From an uncultured Methanomicrobiaceae archaeon (GTDB lineage: Archaea > Halobacteriota > Methanomicrobia > Methanomicrobiales > Methanoculleaceae), in contig CAWGXH010000004.1 in the NCBI GenBank assembly GCA_963826525.1, forward strand, positions 576,001 through 640,000: DNA of 64,000 nucleotides, read 5' to 3'. The notes below the pieces were generated by a model, which was given only the letters and a program-made list of their open reading frames with translations, was not told the origin of the DNA and ran no database searches. Below, piece after piece: positions 39,929 through 51,562 of the stretch. The translations under genes were made by a program, and so were the position numbers. How positions within the stretch are numbered: the first letter of the stretch is position 1; every line of letters begins with the position of its first letter.

Positions 39929-42463
39929 GTGTCAGCAGACCTTATCAAAGCTTTGAAATCAATGTACTTTCCGGATACCGATATCCCGACACTTGCCGGA
40001 GCATTCCCCTCCTCCGTAACCGAGTATCTCAGGGAGTGCCCGGTTCCGGAGACCCGCGACATCATCGAGACACTCCTCTATGTTTACATCGCAGAGAACA
40101 GCTGCTACCGGAACGGCAAGGGGCAGGGTGTGGTCGAACAGAGCTGCTTCGCCTACACCTCAGGCCCGCTCTTCACCCTCAAACAGCTCGGCCTTGTCGA
40201 GGAAGGGAAATTCTATGGGATGACGGTCATCAGGACGACTTCCGCAGGAGAGCGGGTGGCCGCGCCGCTCATGAACAGCAGGCTGTCCGGGGTCGATATC
40301 GGGGAACTGGCGCGAAGCACCCACACCATCGTTCCGGTGCTGCTCGCCGGGACGGTAAAGGGGTCTGTACGTCAACAAGACATTTCCCGCATCGCTCCCG
40401 AAGAACGAACGGACGTTCATCAACTTCCTCTTGAATAACAATCCGTCGCTCTTCCGGGAGTGCGAAGGGTTCGCCGCCCGGCTGAAAGAGGCGGGGTGTG
40501 CGGCACTTGCATACGCTTACGACCTCGACGGCTGCCGGACCGAAGGGACGGCGTATACGTTCCCGCCCGAGTTCCCTTATATCCTGAAAGGGATCCTCGA
40601 ACGCATTGATCCCAATACCCGCGACCGGTACGAGGCGCTCCTCGACGACCTGTACCTCCCGGTACACGGTCCTCCGATACCTGGCGACGGGAGAGGAGCT
40701 CGACCGGGTGAAGGCTTCGTCCGCCCATCGGAGGGAGCTTCTCCGCACCCTCGAGGTACTTGGGGACGCCGTCTGCATCCTCGAGCACGCCCCGCTAAAC
40801 GACGAGGCAGGCCCCGTCAGGTGCCTCATCAGGGATCGCTCCGTCTACGAAAACCGCATTGCAGACCTCGGGCGGGCGCTCATGCGGGAGGTCGCGAGGG
40901 TGCTCGACGTCGAGGGGGCGGTGCCGAACACCGCTCCTGCCTGCGAGCCGCAGTTCGATCTGCACCCCATCTTCCCGGCACCGGAGGAGATGGGTCCACC
41001 GGACGAGGGCGAGGGCGCAGCATGCCCCGCACTGGAGGCTGCCATCGAGATCGAAGAGGTCCTGGATAGCCATCTCCGGGATAGTCTTATGTCTTCCGGA
41101 CCGGAGGATGTCGAAGAGAGCGAAGAGGCCTTCGATAGCCATCTCCAGGACAACCTTACGCCACCTGCACCGGAGGATGTCGAAGAGAGCGAAGAGACCC
41201 GGACACCGGCCAGGGGGGATGCGGAGGGGGAGGCCAAAGATGAAGAACCGGAAGAGAGGCCGCCCCTCCCCGCACCTGCTGCTGTCCTGAAGGAGAAACC
41301 GCAAAAGAAGGCAAAGAAACCCCGGAAGGGGGTGGAGCCACTCCCGGTACCGGAGCCGGGAGAGGACATGGATATCTTCCTCGGCCATACAGGGGGGGAA
41401 GATCAGGTATTCTGGTCCCCGGGAAAGCTGAACAACGGACATATGATCATCCTCGGGGGGTCCGGGGCGGGCAAGACCGAGACGATCCGGTGTATCGCGG
41501 GCGAACTCAGCGCCAGGAACCTGCCGGTCGTGCTGATCGACTTCCACGGCGATATGGCCTCGACTGCAGGGCCGCTGCGCTCCTATAAGATCCGGGAGGG
41601 AGGTTCGTATTACTTCAACCCCCTCGAACTCGACGCCGAGATCGACGAGATCAGTCCGCTGCGTGCGACGTCGGACTTCGTCGACGCCATCTCCATCAAT
41701 TTTCCGACATTGGGTATCCAGCAGCGCCGCAAGATCAAGACCATCATCAAGGATTGCTACCGGATGGGTGGGATCACCGGAGACACCGCGACCTGGTCAC
41801 GGACGCTCGACTTCGACGATATCGAAGCGGAGATCATGGAGTGCGAGGACGAGGCTATCCCGGCATACCTCGAGGATATCTTCGACTACAAACTCTTCTC
41901 GGGTGATGAGAAGATCGCAATCCCGACCATTCTCTCCGGCGGAGTAACCCATATCAACCTGAGTGCCCTCCCCGAGAGCCTCCGCTCCCTCTTCGCCGAC
42001 CTCTTCCTCCGCCGGATCTACTACACCCTGCAGGCGATGGGGGAGATCCCGCGGGGAACGGAGAACGAGCTGGAGAAGTTCCGCCTCTTCGTCATCGTCG
42101 ACGAGGCAAAGTCTCCTGGTAAGCCAGAAGAGCGGCTCGAAGGCGACGGTCAAGGCGGTCCTGAACAAGTACGCCACCGAGATGCGGAAGTTCGGTGTCT
42201 CCCTGATCCTCGCGTCCCAGCTGATCGCCCACTTCAACGAGGAGATCCTGGCCAACATTGCCGTGAAATTTTGCATGCGGGCAGAAAATAAGAAACAGGC
42301 GCAGGAGAATGCAAAGTTCTTCGAGGTGAGCGAAAAAGATCTCTTAAACTTCCAGCCGGGAGAGGGAATCCTCATCATCGGCTCCGAGAAGATGAACGTG
42401 CGGATCGTTCCGACCATGGGGCGGAACCTGCAAGCCGTGGACAACCCTTATGTAGAGGAGTGA
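39929..42463 (+). CDS. About 840-aa protein: unknown (wHTH-like) N-terminal region, acidic linker, HerA/FtsK-type (DUF87) ATPase; 3 frameshifts
   Basis: Walker A GGSGAGKT, IDFHGD, FNPL, Walker B VIVDEA, EMRKFG, LASQ; pieces join after 1-nt corrections near 40365, 40655 and 42112. Confidence 0.8.
41065..41196 (+). repeat. Imperfect tandem duplication with 69-bp period (23 aa) in the ATPase linker
   Basis: GATAGCCATCTCC...CCGGAGGATGTCGAAGAGAGCGAAGAG at 41065 and 41134. Confidence 0.9.
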
Positions 42464-42496
42464 CCACTCCCTGCACGAACCCGGGAGAGATACCGT

Positions 42497-43093
42497 ATGG
42501 CAGTCGACGATGCACTGAAGGAGTATCGGGAGCGGCGTAACTTCGACCGAACGCCAGAGCCGCCTCCCGAACCGGAGAAAACCGGGCGACAGTCTATCTT
42601 CGTCATCCAGAAGCACGATGCCCGAAATCTCCACTACGATTTCAGGCTGGAGGCGGACGGGGTGCTCAAATCCTGGGCGGTTCCGAAGGGTCTTTCCACC
42701 GACCCTGCAACGAAGCGCCTCGCCGTGCCCACCGAAGACCACCCGCTCGAGTACGCCGGGTTCGAGGGGATTATCCCGGCGGGGGAGTACGGGGCAGGCA
42801 CCGTGCTCGTCTGGGATAGGGGCATCTACCGGAATGAGACCGAACGGGACGGAACCCCGGTCTCCGTCCGCGAAGCCCTCGAGAGTGGCCATCTCTCCGT
42901 CTGGCTCGAGGGGGGGAAGCTCCGCGGCGGGTATGCCCTCACCCGCTTCAAGACCGGCAGGGACGAAGCCTGGCTTATCGTCAAGAAGAACGACGCCGGC
43001 GCGAACCCCCATCGAAACCCCGTCACCACCGAACCGCGATCCATCCTGACCGGCCGGACACTCGAGGAGATCGCAGCGGGCAGGCAGGCATGA
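42497..43093 (+). CDS. Stand-alone LigD 3'-phosphoesterase (PE) domain protein
   Basis: Y.ERRNFDRTPEP, FVIQKHDARNLHYDFRLE, KSWAVPKG, RLAVPTEDHPLEY, GEYGAG.V..WD.G. Confidence 0.92.
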   Translation: MAVDDALKEYRERRNFDRTPEPPPEPEKTGRQSIFVIQKHDARNLHYDFRLEADGVLKSWAVPKGLSTDPATKRLAVPTEDHPLEYAGFEGIIPAGEYGAGTVLVWDRGIYRNETERDGTPVSVREALESGHLSVWLEGGKLRGGYALTRFKTGRDEAWLIVKKNDAGANPHRNPVTTEPRSILTGRTLEEIAAGRQA

Positions 43094-43251
43094 GGCAGGA
43101 GCCGGGTCCACCCGACCGCCGTGCTCCCGGGGAGATCCCGCTGGAGATGGGAGAATACATCTGCCCCATCTGCGGCAGGATCTTCTCCACGCATGCCGAG
43201 CTCCACCGGCACGTCCTGAGAGAGCACGAAAGCCCGCCGGGACTCCGGTAA
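43090..43251 (+). CDS. 53-aa C2H2 zinc-finger microprotein, absent from the ORF track
   Basis: MRQEPGPPDRRAPGEIPLEMGEYICPICGRIFSTHAELHRHVLREHESPPGLR-stop; ATGA overlap with the PE gene stop. Confidence 0.7.
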   Translation: MRQEPGPPDRRAPGEIPLEMGEYICPICGRIFSTHAELHRHVLREHESPPGLR

Positions 43252-44130
43252 TACCAACAATTTCTACCCCCGAAGCGGGCAGGCATACCGCACACAGGAA
43301 CGTATGCGGCCCACCGCTCTGAAAAGTACCTGCTGCTCATCACGACTCGGCCCCCGACCAGCGTCCCGGGCATCTCACACACGGATGCAAGCGGCCCCGC
43401 CCGACATGAACACCTCCCAATGGCTCCCGATGCCTCCCCCGGAAAGGTGGCAGTCACCCCACCCGCATCCACCATCGGCGGACTCTCCGGCACAGACTGA
43501 TCGGAGGTGGATTTGTGTTGAAACGCAGGCATCTCATGCTGACCGCGATTCTGGCAGTTGCATGGATCTCGAGTACCGGGTGCGGCACCATGACGGCGGT
43601 GCCGCCGTAATCCAATATGAGGGTTTGCCCCGCTGCCCCGGGCAGAGGGAAATTGGACTGGCAGGGAGTGTCCGGGGGCATTCCGGTAGTCATCAAGCGC
43701 ATCCCGGGGTGTATCGTCCCCGGGCAATCTCCAAACCTGATCCGGCAAAAGAAGCAATTACAAAACCCAGATACCCGATGAATCGGTCGGAAGCCCGCCC
43801 AGGTAGTATCGAATGCAGGTGTCCTCGATCACCCAGAAAAGACCGGTGGGGGCATGAGAGAGAGAAAAAGGACTTTGGGCCATTAGCGCATACATAGTAA
43901 TAATAGATCAAAATTTTTACATACCAGAGTGCAAATAAACCGCGGAAAGTCATTTTTTTCTAATTAGGGCAAAAATTCGCATTTTATTTTGCAAGGCACA
44001 CGGGATACATCGAGGTATCCCGAAACAAACAGCGTATTATCATTAGCACGATAAAAAAATTTAAAACCTGAACCGTCGACAACTACTTAGATCATTTCGA
44101 TCGGATGGAATTTCTCACAGGTGAACAAAC

Positions 44131-44578
44131 ATGACAACCAATGTTATGGCAAACAGCGCCGTGGCTAACAACGCCGCGGCATCGATGGTAAGCGATCAGG
44201 AGATCATTGCGGAGTTCAAGCAGCGCCAGGCCTGGGGGCTCTACATGAGCGTCGACCTCAAGGAATGCGACCCCGCAGCAATCAGAGATGCAGAGAAGAT
44301 TCACCAGTTCGTCGTCGAACTCTGTGACCTGATTGACATGAAACGCTTCGGCGAGCCGCAGATCATCCACTTCGGCCCGAACGAGAGGGTTGCCGGCTAC
44401 TCCATGACCCAGCTGATCGAGACCTCGTGCATCACGGCACACTTCGCGAACGAGACGAACGGAGCATACCTCGACATCTTCAGCTGCAAGGAAGTACGGC
44501 CCTGCAAAGACCGCGGAGTTCTGCAAGACCTTCTTCGGCGCAAAGTCTGTTACCTACAACGTGCTTTTCAGAGACTAA
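44131..44578 (+). CDS. Pyruvoyl-dependent S-adenosylmethionine decarboxylase-family proenzyme, 1 frameshift near 44492
   Basis: WGLYMSVDLKEC, GYSMTQLIETSCITAHF, YLDIFSCK; corrected tail EYGPAKTAEFCKTFFGA...FRD-stop; AGGTGA RBS. Confidence 0.85.
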
Positions 44579-44768
44579 ACAGAGCATATTTTCACCCCGG
44601 ATGTATTAACCGAAGAAATATGTTGAGAGCATGGGCTCTCGTCCGGCGTGAAGGGTGGATTGTTCGCATCCATCCGATCGCATCTTTTTTCCCGCTGCGC
44701 AGAACGGAGCAGCGAAGCGTCGAAAGCCGGCAGCTCCGGAGAATGGCGGTTTTTAAGAAGGGAACTGC

Positions 44769-44779
44769 AAAAAAAGAGT
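44769..44779 (-). terminator. Oligo-T terminator candidate after frhB
   Basis: ACTCTTTTTTT on the minus strand just past the frhB stop. Confidence 0.4.
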
Positions 44780-44783
44780 GGTG

Positions 44784-45680
44784 TTAGGGAGTCTCGTACG
44801 GGTTCCGGAGAGCCTTCGGCGTTCCGTCCGACTTCAGACCGAACGTCTTGCGCTCGTCGACGTGCTTCTGGTTCTTCGTGATCTTCTCGGTTGCGAGTTT
44901 CTTCACGAGGTCGAGACCGGGCTTGACACCTGCCATGTCCTTGGTCTCGAAGAGTCCAGCCGCCATGGCGCCGTCCCAGACAGCGTTACCCTTCATCGAG
45001 CGGACGAAGACGGTGCTCCATCCGTCGGGGCTTCCGACGGAACCGGTCGAGATGTCGGCGAGGTTTGCAACGTAGTCGAGGCAGACGTGACACCCGGGCT
45101 GCACATACTTGTGGATGAGCTTTAAGGGCATCTGGCTGACTGCGCCGCGCTCGGTGTAGACCGTGAACTTGCCCTTGCCGATGTCCATCTTCTTGACGGA
45201 CTCCATCTTCTGGTTGCAGTGATCCTCGACGATCGCCTCGAGTGCCTGGTAGGAGAGGTTCTCCATACAGTAGATACCGAGGACGAGGGCGATCTTGCTG
45301 TCGACGTCACGCATGCCGATCGGGTAGAGCTGGCACTTCCGGGTTGCCTGCACCTGGCAGGGCGTCCCGACGATACCGACACGGTCAAGACCGTAGCTGC
45401 GGGTTGCCTCCTTGATCAGCTGCAGGTTCGGGCTGATGGTATACCGGGTTCCGGCTGCCGCCAGGAGTTCTTCCTTCGTGGTTACGACCGTGGGCTGAGG
45501 CTTCCAGGGCTCGTCGCTCGGGCCTGCAACGATGGCACCGTCGATGATGCCTTCCTCGAGTGCATAGGCAAAGAGCGTGGTGACAATACCTCCGTCCTGG
45601 GCCTTCTTCTGGATGTCCTTGTCTGCCGACCGTGCGGATATGACAGACTTGTAGTTGCCGAGTACGTCCATTTTGGTCAC
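44784..45680 (-). CDS. frhB: F420-reducing hydrogenase beta subunit
   Basis: AQDGGIVT, AAGTRYTISP, GTPCQ, GIYCMEN, GCHVCLDY..NLADISTGSVGS. Confidence 0.95.
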   Translation of the reverse strand: MTKMDVLGNYKSVISARSADKDIQKKAQDGGIVTTLFAYALEEGIIDGAIVAGPSDEPWKPQPTVVTTKEELLAAAGTRYTISPNLQLIKEATRSYGLDRVGIVGTPCQVQATRKCQLYPIGMRDVDSKIALVLGIYCMENLSYQALEAIVEDHCNQKMESVKKMDIGKGKFTVYTERGAVSQMPLKLIHKYVQPGCHVCLDYVANLADISTGSVGSPDGWSTVFVRSMKGNAVWDGAMAAGLFETKDMAGVKPGLDLVKKLATEKITKNQKHVDERKTFGLKSDGTPKALRNPYETP

Positions 45681-45681
45681 C

Positions 45682-46660
45682 TCACTTCATAGCTCCGTTG
45701 ATGGCATCGATGATACCCTCATAGTTGTTCATGACGTCGAAGTTGAACCAGCTCCTGGGGCACTGCGCGTAGCAGGCGCCGCACTTGATGCAGAGGTCGC
45801 GGTTCACGTTCGGCTTGCCGTACTCCATCGTGATGGCACGGACGGGGCAGGTGCCGGCGCAGGTACCGCATCCCATGCAGAGGGACTGGTTGATGACATC
45901 GTACATCAGGTCGCATCCGCAGGCCTCGTCACCGCGCTGTGCGAGCTGCATGAGCGGCTTTAGGTATGCGGTTGCGAGCTGCCTTCTGCTCGTCGTTGCC
46001 CTTTAAGAGCAGGTAGGCCATGACGGCGATGTTCCTGATTGCCTGGGGGCACGGGGGACAGGACGGCAGGTACAGGTCGACGTCCACCACTTCACTGATG
46101 GGGACGAAGGCTTCCTGACCAGGCTGGTTCCACTGGCCACCGCGGCAGAACCGGGTAATGTTGCCGTATGCCGCACAGGCACCGTAGGCGACCAGGACTG
46201 CCGACTTGGCTCTTGCCTGTTTGAGTTCTTCTACCGAGAGTTCGTCGTTCAGACAGCACGATCCCTCAACAAGGCACACGTCCATCTCGGGGACGTGGCG
46301 CACATCGACCAGCGTCAGGGCATAGACCAGTTCCGCATAGTCATCGAGCAGCTTGAAGAGACCCTCGTAGTTGTCTGCCAACGTCACGAGACATCCCGTA
46401 CATCCGCTCAGGTGTAATTCACCAATGGTTATCTTATCTGCCACAGGCTTTTCCTCCTTAAGTTCAATATCCACCTTTTGTTCGACACTCACATCAGAGG
46501 GCTTCACTGCAGGTTTCGTCTGCGGCAGGCTCGCTGCAGGCTTCTCCTCCGGCGTCTTCCCCGTCGGCACCGGATCCGGTTTTTTCACCGGTTCCTTCTG
46601 CTCCGGTTCGTCGCGGGGTTCCCCCATGATGATCCTTTTGATGGTTGATAGCAGCCCCAT
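45682..46660 (-). CDS. frhG: F420-reducing hydrogenase gamma subunit, 1 frameshift near 45980; alternative GTG start at 46444
   Basis: [21 protein letters not shown], ferredoxin motifs [12 protein letters not shown] and [12 protein letters not shown]. Confidence 0.93.
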
Positions 46661-47124
46661 AATTTACCCCAATCTCTTCGAGTACAGATCTGTACCGTTT
46701 TGGGAATGGCCTTTTCAACCTCCTCAGTGAGCCCTAACTCAAACTCATGGCTGACACGCTTCGGCTGGCATCCGATGATCGTGATATCGATCACATCCTT
46801 CAGTCGCTGCAGCGGTTCGGAGAGATCCCACGAATGGGCATCACGATAGGAGCCCGGCGGCAGGTCTTCCGGCCGTATCTTTGCGAGGTCACCGGGGTTT
46901 CCGCCGAAATCGGCGATATCCACGATGATTAACTTCTTGACCGGAACTTCCCCATCCTCCATCAGGGTGAAGAGGAAATGCGGGGCACCGAGCCCCGCAT
47001 CGATCACCTTGATATTGTCGGGCAGTTGCAGTTTCTGGAGTTCCTCCACTACGGCAGGTCCAAATCCGTCGTCTGCGAAGAGAGGGTTTCCGCACCCTGC
47101 TATCACGATCTCGCGGAATAGCAT
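46494..47124 (-). CDS. frhD: Hydrogenase maturation endopeptidase, 1 frameshift near 46686
   Basis: GCGNPLFADDGFG, VIDAG, IVDI, DAHSW, GCQP; position between frhA and frhG. Confidence 0.92.
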
Positions 47125-47134
47125 ACGTGTACAC

Positions 47135-48504
47135 TCACTGAATGAGTTTCTGGGCCACTATCCTCTTGTCCTCATCAACCACCAGCATGTGTGTGGCACA
47201 CGACACACAGGGGTCGTAGGCACGCACGATAACTTCCGCGAGACGCCAGGGTGCACCGGTCAGTGCACGGCTGCAAGTGGGGAAGTTCCAGGTGGTCGGA
47301 ACGAGCATCGAGTAGGTACTCGACGCGGCCGTCCTTGACCTGAGCCATGTGGACGTCCGTTCCGCGGGGGGCTTCGTTTGCCGCCCAGCCGAGCGAGCCG
47401 TCACCCTGCGGGATGTAGTCCGCAACGACATCGCCGGAAGTGTTCAGTGCATCACAGTGCCTCGATGATACCGTAGGCAGTCTCGGGGAACTCCATCTGC
47501 CGGGCAATCTGCAGGCCGATGGCACCCTTCTCATCGTAATTCTTGTACTGAACGAGACGGGCACGCGGTCCGACCTCGACGGGCTGGCCGTCGTAGAGCG
47601 GAACGCCGGTGCAGGCCTGCATCTGCGGCCAGGTCTTCGTACCTACGGGTGTGGTTCCACCGATGGGGTAGTTCGGGTCAGCCTCATCGACTTCCATCTC
47701 ACCCATGTACCAGTCCCAGGGGCGCACTTCGGTGAAGCGCTCGGGGTACCAGGATGGGTTGCAGTCCAGGCTCGAGCTGCCGTAGACGGGAGCCGTGGCC
47801 ATGTAGCCCTGGTTGTGGTAGCCGAGGTCCTTCGGGATCGGGACTTCGGTTCCGCCGACCTCAGCCCAGTCACGGTTCTGGAAGTTCCGGAGAACCGCGA
47901 TCATGAACTCCATCTGGTCCTGTGCAAGGACACGTGCCTCCTTGGCAAGGTCGTAGATCTTGGCCTTGGCACGGGGGGTGATGTTCGTGTACATACCGCC
48001 GACGCGGGGGTTGCTCGGGTGGATGGCCTCGCCGCCGACTATCTCGCCGATCGTCTGCCCGATCTCACGGAGCCGCTGGATCCGGAGCGCAACGCTGCGG
48101 ACGGGCTCTTCCTTGGTGAACGGGTTGATCTTGGTGTCGGTGCCGGGGATGTACATGTCCGGGAGCGTGAGAATATTGTGGATGGCGTGGCTGTGCATCC
48201 TGTTGGCACACTGCAGGATGTAACGCAGCAACTTTGCGTCCTCCGGGATCTCACACCCGATCGATGCTTCCATCGACTCAACGCCCGCAAGCGTGTGGGC
48301 AATCGGACAGATACCGCAGACCCTCGATGCTATCTTAGGGACCTGCTCCATCGTTTTGCCGATTGCGAGTTTCTCAACGCCCCTCACGGGCGTGATGCTG
48401 AGCCAGTCTCCGCGCTCGATAATACCTTCGTCATTGACCTTCAGGACGAGCTTGGAGTGGCCTTCGTGTCTCGTAGTTGGGGAAATCTCTACAACTTTCG
48501 ACAA
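47135..48504 (-). CDS. frhA: F420-reducing [NiFe] hydrogenase alpha subunit, 2 frameshifts
   Basis: PTTRHEGH, RVCGICPIAH, EVGPRAR, EAPRG, VPTTWN, DPCVSCATH; shifts near 47455 and 47315; TTG start. Confidence 0.95.
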
Positions 48505-48732
48505 TTATATCGCCTCATTCCGATATTTTGGTGTTCTGTTTGCTATACCGGGGTTACCACACAAATCTGTACAGTAATACGTACGAGGTACGTCAAAATG
48601 ACTTATGACGAAAACAGAGTTTATACCTTTCGTTTTAGCACAAAATGTGTTAGCACAAATCGCTAAAAAGGTAACACGGGATAGTATTATTCATTGACGA
48701 ATTATAAAAATTATTTAATACATACCCTGTTA

Positions 48733-49671
48733 TTACACATAGTCCCCAAGTTCTCCGACGAGCTCGGCAATAGTGGCCTTGCGCTCTGCGTACGCGTCGT
48801 GCTGGTGGATACTCTCCTCATTCGTCTGTTTTATCGTCACAACCGAGTCACCCGAGATCTGCCTGAACTGGACAATAACCTTCTTGGCCATCTCGCGCAC
48901 GCAGTCTTCCACGAATCGTGGGTTTTTATGCGCCTCCATGACGACGTAGCTCTCGTCCCCACGCTTGAGGAGTTCGTAGATACGCGCGCTCATCGAGTCT
49001 TTCAGGATCTTGATGATCTTCTCGAGGCTGACGTGCTGGTCGTCGTCGGTCTCGATGGCGAGGAAACCCTTCCCCCGCTGGTTGTGCGATGCCATCGGCA
49101 CCTCGGCGAGGAACCGGTCGATCGTCTCATCCCCGACGCCGAGCCCCGAGAGGACGTGCATCGCATGGTCCTTCATGATGTTCTGGGCACAGGGACAGGC
49201 GGTCATGCCGGTTACTTCCGCACCGATGCTCTTCCTGATGATCGGAGACCCATCGTTCCGCTGAGCGACGGCACTCGCGTGAACGTTCACCACTTCCTGG
49301 CAGTTCGTCTCGCTCACCGGCGTCTCGCGCCGGACCATAAACTGGCTCACCATCCAGACTTCGGTACGCTCCGCGTACTCGTGGCGGTCGAGCAGCCGCC
49401 GGGCGACGACGCTGCAGAGGTCTTCGATCTCCTTAACTTCACCGTCAGTAGCCTGTTGCAGCACCTCGTCGATGACCTCGAAGTTCCGCGAGAGGTTCGC
49501 ACCTTTCAGGCTCCCCGGCAGGTCGACGAAGACATCAAATGTGGATATGAATATAACCGGCCGTTTGCCGGGACGTGCAACCTCGACGAGTTTTTTGACG
49601 TTTTTAACGCCGACCCGTGTCAGATTAATTCGAACATCCGGGCAGGTCGATTGAACATCCGGTAATTCCAT
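48733..49671 (-). CDS. mptA: GTP cyclohydrolase MptA (methanopterin biosynthesis)
   Basis: LPDVQ, LTRVGV, KGANLSRN, GMTACPCAQ, ASHNQRG, NPRFVEDCVR, EESIHQHDA. Confidence 0.92.
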   Translation of the reverse strand: MELPDVQSTCPDVRINLTRVGVKNVKKLVEVARPGKRPVIFISTFDVFVDLPGSLKGANLSRNFEVIDEVLQQATDGEVKEIEDLCSVVARRLLDRHEYAERTEVWMVSQFMVRRETPVSETNCQEVVNVHASAVAQRNDGSPIIRKSIGAEVTGMTACPCAQNIMKDHAMHVLSGLGVGDETIDRFLAEVPMASHNQRGKGFLAIETDDDQHVSLEKIIKILKDSMSARIYELLKRGDESYVVMEAHKNPRFVEDCVREMAKKVIVQFRQISGDSVVTIKQTNEESIHQHDAYAERKATIAELVGELGDYV

Positions 49672-49794
49672 TGCAAATCCTCAATAGATTATCGATAAAC
49701 AGGTTCACAAGCATGAACCTTAAAATAATCTATTAAGAAAATCAACCGTCGTCTCATATAATATTTATCAACCTTGCTGCCGATATCATTCTGA

Positions 49795-50793
<999 letters not shown>

Positions 50794-51022
50794 GCACCCA
50801 TCCATCTCTTTTTCCCGGAGAATCCCGATACCCGGCAGCATTTTATACCAGGCCTGCCCATTCGTGCTGCCGGGCTCTCACCTGCCGACACTGCTCCGGT
50901 GCCCTGAAGTGAGTGTGACGGGCTATGGATCGGGTCAGATCCGAAAGATACCCCCGGGAGAGCGGGTCTGCCGGTTGTTCGCGGTCGATACCGGTAAATA
51001 CCTTCCGGGAATACCACCGGGT

Positions 51023-51511
51023 ATGGCCGTCTGCATCATTTATCACTCGGAGACCGGAAACACCCGGAACGTAGCCGAACGGGTTGCCCGGGAGACCGGT
51101 GCCGACCTCGTGGAAGTAAAGGATCTCACAGGCTACTCGAAGGCGGGGATGTACCTCAAAGGCGCCCCGAAAGCCATGCGAGGCGAGAAGGCCGACATAA
51201 ACCCCGCCACCATCGACGTTTCGGGCTACGAGACCGTCGTCCTCGGCAGTCCCGTCTGGGCGTTCAACCCAACACCGGCCGTCAACGCCGCCGTCGCTGC
51301 CCTGCAGGGGATCGAGGGGAAGACTGTAATCGTCTTCTGCACAGCGGGCGGAATGCCAGGCAAGACCCTCGAGGCGATGAAGGCGATGCTTACGGAACGG
51401 GGCGCCACCGTCCGTGGGGCGATCTCGTTCACGGAGCGGGATCTGCAGAAGGCAGAGGCAACGGATGCCCTGATCGACCTTATCAGGCCACGGGCAGCCA
51501 GCAGCACGTAA
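51023..51511 (+). CDS. Flavodoxin-like protein
   Basis: IIYHSETGNTR, LGSPVW, FCTAGG. Confidence 0.85.
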   Translation: MAVCIIYHSETGNTRNVAERVARETGADLVEVKDLTGYSKAGMYLKGAPKAMRGEKADINPATIDVSGYETVVLGSPVWAFNPTPAVNAAVAALQGIEGKTVIVFCTAGGMPGKTLEAMKAMLTERGATVRGAISFTERDLQKAEATDALIDLIRPRAASST

Positions 51512-51562
51512 CGTGCCAAAAGCGGCAGAACCATCTTCCTCCAGGACAGACGAGATGGCACT

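Noticed and set aside
43260-43900. ORFs 43304-43897, 43023-43757 and 43454-43702
   Set aside because: No motifs, atypical composition and mutual overlap; treated as intergenic or unrecognisable decay
47452-47454. In-frame TGA in frhA as selenocysteine
   Set aside because: The protein continues in a different frame, and the Ni-binding motifs use Cys (RVCGIC, DPCVSC)
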